DNA from: Neoconidiobolus thromboides FSU 785
Lineage: Eukaryota; Fungi; Entomophthoromycota
DNA: 64,000 bases
Direction: 5' to 3'
Assembly (NCBI GenBank): GCA_025603075.1
Contig: MU626294.1
Span: 75,895-139,894, forward strand
Both the position numbers and the translations under genes were made by a program. A model generated the notes under the pieces. It ran no database searches. It was not told the DNA's origin and worked only from the letters and a program-made list of their open reading frames with translations. Shown in pieces: positions 49,930 to 59,358 of this stretch (position 1 is the stretch's first letter; each line of letters starts with the position of its first letter).

Positions 49930-50319
49930 TTATAATATAACATTAGTATTTAGTTAATAATACTTTTATAAGTACTTAAAAACGTTATGAAGCTAAAGGT
50001 TTTAGTTTTTAATTTACATCTAGTAACAGTTGAAATTATTTAAAAGTTCGCTGATTTAGATTCAACTTTTGAGCTAATCTTTGCTCAAAATGCGAAATAA
50101 AAATTTTTAGAAGTGAAATATAAAAACTTAAGTGAACTTCAGCTTCCAGAAAGCAAGCCAAAAATTTAGGGAAAAGGTGCACTTGATTAATCTACAAATT
50201 TGCAACTTAAAAATGAAAAAAAGTTGAAGTCCTGATTTTAATTTATCCAAACAATTTTCAAATTCTACTTTTTATAAATCAGCAATAGATTTTTAATAAA
50301 GACACAAATACAATAGACA

Positions 50320-50877
50320 ATGAAGTTAAACGAATATATAAAGCACATGATAGAAAAAATTCAACACAGCAGATTTACAATCAATGAAATAACACTAATC
50401 AATTTCAAATTAACATTAATACCATGGAATTCTACAATAAATAATTTACTTCAACAAAATAAGATGGGTTTATTAATTTGCAATTTAGTTCTGAATCTTG
50501 CTGAAGTCAATGACAAACAAGTAGAAAAAGGGTATTTAGTTCTTTTAATCAATTCTTTAAATAATATAATACCCAATTATACTAATAAACAAGATAAAGA
50601 AGTATTAGTTCAGTTTAAAATATTTTATGTTAGCTACTATGCTTATCTACTACAACTAAATAATGAGTTAATTGAGGCTGAAGCTAACTATCAAGCAGTA
50701 TTAAGTATAATTAAAAGAAACAAGGAGTTAAGGGAGTTAAAGATTTGTATTTTAAATAATTTGGTATTGTTAAATAGTAATAAAGGAAATGATAATCTAT
50801 CTCAACTTTTATTTCAAAGAATGAAAAAAGAATGTTTATCAGATCCAAGTTTTAATTTGTTTATAAAAGATGAATAA
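50320..50877 (+). CDS. TPR-like helical protein, possibly a MAU2/Scc4 fragment
   Basis: 185-aa ORF; EAEANYQAVLSII...ELKICILNNLVLL...LFQRM resembles a MAU2 TPR segment as recalled, but the ORF is far shorter than MAU2. Confidence 0.45.
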   Translation: MKLNEYIKHMIEKIQHSRFTINEITLINFKLTLIPWNSTINNLLQQNKMGLLICNLVLNLAEVNDKQVEKGYLVLLINSLNNIIPNYTNKQDKEVLVQFKIFYVSYYAYLLQLNNELIEAEANYQAVLSIIKRNKELRELKICILNNLVLLNSNKGNDNLSQLLFQRMKKECLSDPSFNLFIKDE

Positions 50878-50983
50878 TTTAATTATTTTTACTTTATATT
50901 ATAATAAGAATGAGTTTTAAAAATAGAGACAGTAAAAAAAGAATGGCTTTATTGTTAATAATTAATAAAATTACGGTCAAAAA

Positions 50984-51934
50984 TTAATAATGGAAGAATA
51001 TACTAAGTAAAAGGAAACTTATCCCTGCAATAGAAGGATTTGTTAAGAAGGCACTGGAATGAACTTGCGTACTAATTTCTTTTCCAAAACTTTCTCCATC
51101 TGCAAATGCAACGCTAGCATCATTGATTGCAATACCAAATAAAGAATTGTATATTTTCAAAAATTTAGTATAACGAGCTTTAACATTTTCCAAAGGTAAG
51201 TAACCTGATTTAACAGCTTGCCTTGATGCTGAAATACCCATGATAAGTTTTGTTTGAGCATCTTTAGCATAGTTATCCCAAGCTTCAAGGTTTACGTTAG
51301 GGTCCGAATCACATTTGTCATTATCATATAATTTAACGTTAATGAGATCAAAGGTTGAATTTTGTAAAGCGTCTTTAAGATCATCATTTTCAAAATCACA
51401 GCCTGCAGTACCTGTAATGATAATTTTCTTATCATTTTGTTTACTAATGTCACGTAACTCATTAACAAAGTCGGAGTAGAATCTACCCTGTCTGTTTTGG
51501 ATACTCAAATCAATACCATCTAATTTAACATCACCTAATAACTGATCTTTTGAAGCACCAGTAAAGAAGATATCGGTTATTTGTTGGGCCAACTTTTTAG
51601 CAAGATCAGGAGAACCAACACCATATAACCCTTTAGGCCCACCTAAAGAAAGTAAAACTTTTTTACCCTTGGACTGACATGTACGAATACCTCCCCCAAC
51701 TCCTGGACACCAAGTCCCTTTGCAACTACTCTTTAAATTTAATTTAGGGGTCTTGGTACCATCAAAATCGCTTAAATATTGGATGATGATTATATCAATC
51801 GCATTATCATTACAATAATCTTCCAAATTCTTCTCGTTCCCTCCTAAGTTTTGTCCCCAGAATGCTACCAACATTGAGCATTGTATTATGGATACCAAAC
51901 TGAATAATGTTATTAATTTTAATTGGAAACTCAT
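50984..51934 (-). CDS. GH18 class-III-like chitinase-like protein, predicted inactive and GPI-anchored
   Basis: Signal peptide from ATG 51934; AFWGQN, KVLLSLGG and LDGIDLSIQ (DxDxE changed to DxSxQ); hydrophobic C-terminus. Confidence 0.9.
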   Translation of the reverse strand: MSFQLKLITLFSLVSIIQCSMLVAFWGQNLGGNEKNLEDYCNDNAIDIIIIQYLSDFDGTKTPKLNLKSSCKGTWCPGVGGGIRTCQSKGKKVLLSLGGPKGLYGVGSPDLAKKLAQQITDIFFTGASKDQLLGDVKLDGIDLSIQNRQGRFYSDFVNELRDISKQNDKKIIITGTAGCDFENDDLKDALQNSTFDLINVKLYDNDKCDSDPNVNLEAWDNYAKDAQTKLIMGISASRQAVKSGYLPLENVKARYTKFLKIYNSLFGIAINDASVAFADGESFGKEISTQVHSSAFLTNPSIAGISFLLLSIFFHY

Positions 51935-53496
51935 TTTGTTATCTGTTAGTTGTAACAAGGAATAGATTTTTATAAATGTTTATTATAATTTATAGTAAAA
52001 ACTTGGATATTAGTTCCTGTAGATATGAAATAATTAAAGAATAAAATAAACAATAAAATAGAGAAGAATAGGATTTAATTAAAATTAAAATGAGTTTTAT
52101 TTTAAATTTTGTTCTTAGGATCTAAAATCCTTTGCTTCATTTTAACTTCTTGATACTTATTTTAAGCGGGATATTATGATAATTATCTATAAAAGTTCGC
52201 TTTTTTATTAAAATGAGGTAGTTTTTCAAATCAAGAGAAAAAAGAGAGAAAAAATCAATTTAATGTAACTGTTTAGGTTACAGTTTAATTAATAGATAGT
52301 GTTTCATCTCCTTTGACTACTAAAAATAAATAATCAAAACGAATCAAATTCTAGTTCTCCTTTTTTCTATTCAAATTTGGAGCATTCTTTATTATCCAGA
52401 AGCAGCTATTTGGTTCTTTATTTATTTAACTTATTTATATCACTACCTTGTACTATTATTAGTTTTACTAAGTATTTTGGAAAATTTAAAATAGATTCTA
52501 ATATTTGTCACAAGTTTCTTTTTACTGAATCGCCAAGCATTCGGAAAGTAATTAGAATAACATTTTAAAAGTTTATGAAAATAAGCACATTTATATTTAT
52601 TTATTAAATCATTATATAATTTAATAATTCCTCAGTTTATTATAAAAGAGTAAATCTTGGACATTAAATGTTAAATCATACATTACTGAACTTCAATAAG
52701 ACAATGAAGGATATAGCTTTTTATTACATAAATACAATAAGTCTTTGAAAATAGTTTATATTACAGATTGGACTAATATAAAATTACTGCTATCTCATTT
52801 AATATGATAGCATTTTACAAAAATATAAGCAAAAATGATTTATAAGAATGCGGGTAAAAAAATAAAGGAGATACCTACCCTTTGTTAATGATAATAAATA
52901 GAGATCCTTGAAAAATTTTGAGGATATTTAAAAAAGTCAAAATTACAAACTTTCTTGATATAGATTGTAGCATGTTTAAAATTAATTCTCCTTTTATGGA
53001 AACCACTTATAATTATTTAAATATAATCTATATATCAAACGTATTTATTTAATATATATGTGTATAAATATAACTATACTAAATTTTGTACTAGTGATAT
53101 CTAGAATAAAACTTCTATCTCATTTTTTTAAAGTTTCAAGAATGATTTTTCAATCATAAAAATATAAGTAGTATAAAAATTAAAAGTTATTATAATATTG
53201 ACGCTAAACAATATTACAAAATAACAAATGAAAAATTTAGTGTAGTAAGCTTTTATTGAATTGATATTCAAACAAAAAGATTATTACGCTTAAAAATATA
53301 TAATTTTTATTTATTATAACATTTATATTTAAATACAACAAATTTATTTATTATTGATATAAAATAGAAATAATAATACTTTTAAAAAAAATTGTTTTTT
53401 TATAATTAAATACATTTTCATAAATGCTTTTAAAATATTATAAATCTTAGCTATATAAAGGTGTTAATAAAATATCTCAGTTATAAAACTTTGAAT

Positions 53497-53608
53497 ATAT
53501 GGGAATGTTTTTTTTAACTTCATCACTTTTTCTATCTTTTAAGTGCTATTTGAACAGAAAAATCTATAGTAAAATTCTTTAATGTAAAAGTACAGCCACC
53601 CCACATAT
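53497..53608 (+). mobile_element. MITE family A copy 19
   Basis: Full length with a small insertion in the right TIR; ATAT flanks. Confidence 0.85.
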
Positions 53609-53879
53609 TTTAATTAAATCATCATTTTAGTTAATACTGAATGTTATACTAATGAATTAAAATTGATAAAAAAAGTAAATTAAACCTTTTATATTGAATT
53701 TGTTGATGCTTTGATATATTATGACATAGAATCTTAACATATTCAAATATAATATTCAATCTAGTTATTATAACAGGCCCAATAGGAGTTTTATGACACT
53801 TTTTAGATAGCTATTATTACAAAATTAAAAAACATTAAAGCATAAAAATAAGTATTTTAATTCTATATTAAAAATATTA

Positions 53880-53934
53880 ATATATGATTTTTTTTTGTTC
53901 GTCACTTTTTCCATTTTTTAAGTGCTATTTGAGT
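53880..53934 (+). mobile_element. MITE family A copy 20 (truncated, left half only)
   Basis: TTCGTCACTTTTTCCATTTTTTAAGTGCTATTTGAGT, then similarity ends. Confidence 0.75.
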
Positions 53935-55029
53935 AATTTTAAAAGTGTTCCTAAGTAATTTCAAGCCTAATAAATTTATAGCGAAAAAACTACTTAAATT
54001 TTAATATATATGATAATTAAAGTAAACTTATATTAAATTTTAATAATAAAAGTTAAAAATATAGCTCTTTGGCTTTATTGAAGTAAGTTTCCGTACTTTT
54101 ATTTTCATTATCGAAATATGTGGGAATATATTATCTTTTAAAGTGATAAAAAAATAAGCTGAAGTTCTAAAAATAACATTTTAATTAAATAATATTTTAA
54201 TAGTATTAGTTAAAATGTGATGTTATGAATATTTGTTCTATGCTTATATCTATTATATTAATCTTTTTTCTATAAAGTTTTCGAGTAAAAATTACATATC
54301 AAATGAAGTACTTTTTTAAATGTAGGATTAGTTTATTTAAATTTCTTAAATGTAATTCTTATTCTTTTGTCAGTACTTTTATTTGTAATGTTGTACAATA
54401 ACCTCTTTAACTTTTAAAGGCAACAACTTTAATACAATATATAAATAAATTCAAATGATAAAAAGAATACTTGTCTCATATATATTAGTTTCAAATATTT
54501 CATTAATTTATTTGGACTTTTTTCTTTTAGTTTGAACTATTTTTCAAAAAATTCCATAAAACTCTCATTAACCTTGTAACAACAAACCTGAAATAATATA
54601 AAATGCTACTCGTCATAATTTTTAGTAAAACTAATTTTAATGCCTTACTATTTCTCATATAATTAATCCTCCATCTATTCTTCCATGACAACTTTAATGC
54701 CTTTCCGCTTTAATCTATTTCTCACTGCTTAGCTATATATTCAGAACCAAAAAATCACAAGGTTGTATTAGGTGGCTAACATTTATTGTATGGTAGAAAC
54801 ACTTTAAAGGAAAAAGTGAACAGGTGATGAAGGAGAGAACAAATTTGATAGGTTGAAGTACAAGTTTAATTTTTATTTTTGAAAATATGAATTTTAACCA
54901 TAAAATACTTCAATAATAAAATCTTTTTAATTTAATAGAATAAAAAATACTAAGGTTGGATAAAAAATGACGCGTTAGAATGTAGAGGGGTGTGTCAATG
55001 GAGAAGTAAATGGGATGATTATACGCAAT

Positions 55030-55870
55030 TTATAAAATAACACAACATCCATCTTGAGAAGCTTCATTATATCCTTTTTCAGTGATAGGAATATTGTTAG
55101 TGTTAGAGTTGGGGTCTAACTCTTTATTAAACCTACGAATTTCTCTTATTAATGTATAAAATGCTTCTTCTACATTGATCTTTTGTTTTGCACTTGTTTC
55201 AAAAAATTGACATTTAAAGGTGGAAGCTAAATCTTTACCCTCTATAAAAATTCAATGTGTAAATAAAAATATTTATTATCTAGTCACAAAAAATAGCTGT
55301 TGTAGCAGATAAAGAATTAAAAAATTAATTTACCTTGTACTGTAACCTGTCTTTCGCTTTCTAAGTCACATTTATTTCCTGCGATAACAATAGGAAATAT
55401 ATCCTTATCTTTGACTCTCAATATCAATTCTTTTAAAGCGGATACTTCTAAAAAGGATTCTTTATCTGTAATCGAATAAACCATTAAAAACCCTTCTCCT
55501 GTACGCATATATTGTTCCCGCATTGCACTGTATTCTTCTTGTCCTGCTGTATCGAGAATATCTAACATAGCTACCTCATTATCTACCACACATTGCTTAC
55601 GATAAGAATCTATGAAAGAGAGTTATTAATAAATAGAATTAAACAATTATATCTAATCTTATTTATAATAAGAAAATGAAAATTACCTTCAATAGTGGGA
55701 TCATAGTCATATACGAAATGTGACTGTATCAATTGTATAGTTAAGGCGGATTTACCAACAGCTAAAATAAAAATGTGTTTAATAATAGCTTATCATTAGA
55801 TTAACTATTGCTTACCACCATCACCTACAACAACTAGTTTGTATTCTCTTATAAATTGGTTTTTACTCAT
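55030..55870 (-). CDS. RAS1: Ras small GTPase (5 exons), CAAX C-terminus
   Basis: [62 protein letters not shown] and terminal CCVIL*. Confidence 0.96.
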
Positions 55871-57999
55871 ACTTTGGTAATATACTTTTATTTTAAATTG
55901 ATTTTATGAAAGTACTAGTTGGACAATAGATTAGGTGGGAGATCTTGAGTTTATAGATAGGATCCAATTCCAAATAAATAATTTAAATAAAAATAAAAAA
56001 GAAGTAAACTTTAAAAAAAGGATAAATTAAACTTTATTTTGTTTTTTCAAAAATTTTATCAAATCATTGCAATTGTTTTTATCTTACTTTTTTAATATAA
56101 TCTTATTTATTTTAACACCTTATTTAAAAATGATGCCTTGTTATTTTTGGTTTATGCTAATATCAACTTGAACTACTAAGTTGATAGTTGGGGAAACAAT
56201 TTCAGCACCGTTTGCAAAGAATTTTTCCTCATTTTTTAAAGTGGTATTTTATTATTTTATTTATTATTCCTATATAATAAGCACCATATTATATTAAATG
56301 ATTCATACTTATATTATAGAAAATAGTGTATATCTTATACTATACTATACCATACTATGTAACATTACTTATTTAACATGTAAAATTAAATAATATAACT
56401 TAAATTAAACTGACTTAATCAATCCCATGTTTTTATTTATTTACTTAACGTTAATTAAAGTTTAAAATGGCATGTTGAATGCATGAGTTTCCAAGTTTGA
56501 TTTCATTGTTACAGTAAAATTTTAACTGTTTGTTAATTCAAGATAGGTAGAATGATAGTATCAACAATATACAGTTAATAACATAATTTAATATTAACGA
56601 GTAATAATTAATAAATTTAGTTTAAAAATTTTGACTTTTTATTTATTTATTCATTACTAATATAAAACAAAAAAAGTGACATAAGCAACTGCTCCCCCTT
56701 AACAGTTTAAGTTAAGTGATATTGAATCGGATTCGATTTATTGCATTATTAAGTCACAAAAAACCACTACTTTTCATTTCATTTTCCCCAGCTTATTTCA
56801 ACTAACTATAGTAAGCCCCACTACTAAAAATAACTTTAAAAGGAGCATAATGATGTCGAATTTTTCTAAAAGTTACTTGATGCAGCCGAAGATTTTCATA
56901 TTTATGGCCTTTTATTGATTATTTTTTCAAATGCAAAAAGCTTGCATTTTTTCCAAGGTTAGAGTTTCATTGAACTGAAATTTAACTGATAAAGCATTTA
57001 GTTGAATTCAGTACTTAAATATTAAACCTTGTTAGATGAGGGTCCTTTTTAGCTTTAATAGTATTATTATTAATTATCTTCGTTAACTTATTAAACTTTT
57101 TTTTACCTGATTTTTAGTTGATACAAACACTGGACTAAAAATGTCAAGCTTCAATATAAAAATTTAATTTGTCCAAGTATAGTATTTTCAAGCTATTATG
57201 TTTATCAAGAAAAAAAGCAAATCAAATTGAGATTTTTCAATAATAATTTTCAAAAAGTAAGCAAAAAAAAAAGTAATTTTGATCTAGAGTACATTGCTTT
57301 AAGCAGAATTTGTCTAATTTATCTAATATTATTTGCTATTTTATTTGCTTTTAATTGATACTATTATAGAATTATTTGAATGGAGTTGACTAAATTTTTT
57401 CTGTAATAAACATGATAGCTTCAAAATAGAGTAGCTTTCATAGTCTTTTACCAGCATCAATTTTTTTTATTAAACTATATTTGTTTATTTTTTTAATATA
57501 AAATTTCAACTAGTTATTAGTTCCAAACTAGAGTCAAAACATATTTAAATCGATTTAATGAATTTTATTTCAAAACAAAAATATTGTTCGAAAGTTGAAG
57601 CTTTTATTTAATAGCTCATTTCAATAGAACTTTATATTTTAATCAACTTATTATTGCTATAGTTTTTTACATCTAGACTTTGATTTACTTATTATATTTT
57701 AAAGAAAGAATTCAACTAAATCTATTTTTATTAAAAATAGTAAAAATTCAAGTGTCATTTAATTCAAAATAATCAATCGAAAAATTAGGACAATTAATAA
57801 CTTCACTAAAAATAGTAATTACAAGTTTATAAACTCAAAATAAAAACTCGTATAAAACTTACAACATGTTGATAAGACTCTTTTCTTTAGTTTGACTTTT
57901 ATTTACTATATTTTGATAATATAATACTCATCACATTTTTAAACTTGATATATTCCATTTTTTATACAACAATTGATTCACTAAAAATTAAAATATCAA

Positions 58000-59343
58000 A
58001 TGTCCACTTCAACATCTGAACAAATACCTCTACCAAAACTACATAATGGTAATTGTCAATTGATTAATGATACTATATATTATTTAGGAGGTAGTGAGTA
58101 TGATAACAATAATGAAGTTAAGGAATTAAATTCAGCTATTTATAAACTTAGATTGAATCAAAATTTACAATTGATGGAGGGTATTCGTTGGGAAAAAATA
58201 AAACCTGAAGGGAGAGCAATAGTTAGTAACCTTGGTAGAACAATAGTAATGAATAACAATCAAGAGATATGGCTTATTGGTGGTAATGGGGGTAAGAATG
58301 GAGAAATAATACGGGTTTATGATATTGAAAAGAATGAATGGAACTTGAATAAAAAACAAAATGCCCAGTTGAGCTCCATATTTAAAAAGGAAACTAGTTT
58401 ATTAGATACTAATTTAATTAAAGATAGCTCTAATAATTATTTATATTTATTTGGGGGCTATTTAGGTATTAATAATGCTCTAAAGCCAAATTTGAGTTTA
58501 GTCAAGTACTCTATTAAGCAGAAAGAATGGAGTAAAACCCCTTTTGATTTCCCAACTACATTAAATAGTGAATACAAATATCATAACTCAAATCGTTTAT
58601 TTACTGTAGGTGGTAATGATCTTAATATGAAAGCAATTAAGATGAATTATTTAAGTTTTATTCAACTAGACTTAAATCAAAGTAAATTGCAATTGACTGA
58701 TGGTGAATTACCACCTGCCTATTTAAGTAATCATTCTTTTATTATTATTGAAGATTATTTGTATTTAATTGGAGGTAACAATACCAGAATGAAAGACAAT
58801 TTATATCAATTAGATTTAAAAACATATCTTTGGAAGAAAATAAGTATATCTGGTTTATTACCATTTAATCATGGGTGTTTAATTGAATATAATAATCATT
58901 TATTTTATTTATTAGGTAAAGATAATAATAATAAAATCAATCAAAATATACAAATTATTTCTTTAAATCAAACTAAGCTAATTACCAACTATACTGTTGA
59001 GAGTACTATGCTAAATACTAATACTGCTAATAGTTTACCCTTAATATTAGGTATAGTTATACCAATAATTTTATTATTACTATTAGTGATAATATTATAT
59101 TATTATTATAATAATAAAAAAGAGAAATTCAATAAATTAGGAACTATAGAAAAAACGATTCCACAAGTAATTCAAGATTTACAATGGAATAGAACTTCAC
59201 TTAATATATCAACAATAAAAACAAATCATTTCAATACTTTAACTACTATCATTGATGACGATTTAATATGTCCTTATCAGGCTAATTTATTAATAAAAGA
59301 AGATAATCCATTATTAAAAGATTTAAGTTTAACTTATAAGTAA
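58000..59343 (+). CDS. Kelch-repeat protein with a single C-terminal transmembrane helix
   Basis: Repeated YYLGG/WLIGG/YLFGG/FTVGG/YLIGG with spaced Y...W; hydrophobic LILGIVIPIILLLLLVIILYYYY segment. Confidence 0.85.
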   Translation: MSTSTSEQIPLPKLHNGNCQLINDTIYYLGGSEYDNNNEVKELNSAIYKLRLNQNLQLMEGIRWEKIKPEGRAIVSNLGRTIVMNNNQEIWLIGGNGGKNGEIIRVYDIEKNEWNLNKKQNAQLSSIFKKETSLLDTNLIKDSSNNYLYLFGGYLGINNALKPNLSLVKYSIKQKEWSKTPFDFPTTLNSEYKYHNSNRLFTVGGNDLNMKAIKMNYLSFIQLDLNQSKLQLTDGELPPAYLSNHSFIIIEDYLYLIGGNNTRMKDNLYQLDLKTYLWKKISISGLLPFNHGCLIEYNNHLFYLLGKDNNNKINQNIQIISLNQTKLITNYTVESTMLNTNTANSLPLILGIVIPIILLLLLVIILYYYYNNKKEKFNKLGTIEKTIPQVIQDLQWNRTSLNISTIKTNHFNTLTTIIDDDLICPYQANLLIKEDNPLLKDLSLTYK

Positions 59344-59358
59344 TAACATTTTATTAAA

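Noticed and set aside
42289-55870. FKS1, the GH18-like gene and Ras as a cell-wall gene cluster
   Set aside because: Adjacency only; there is no shared regulatory motif or known conserved synteny to support co-regulation.
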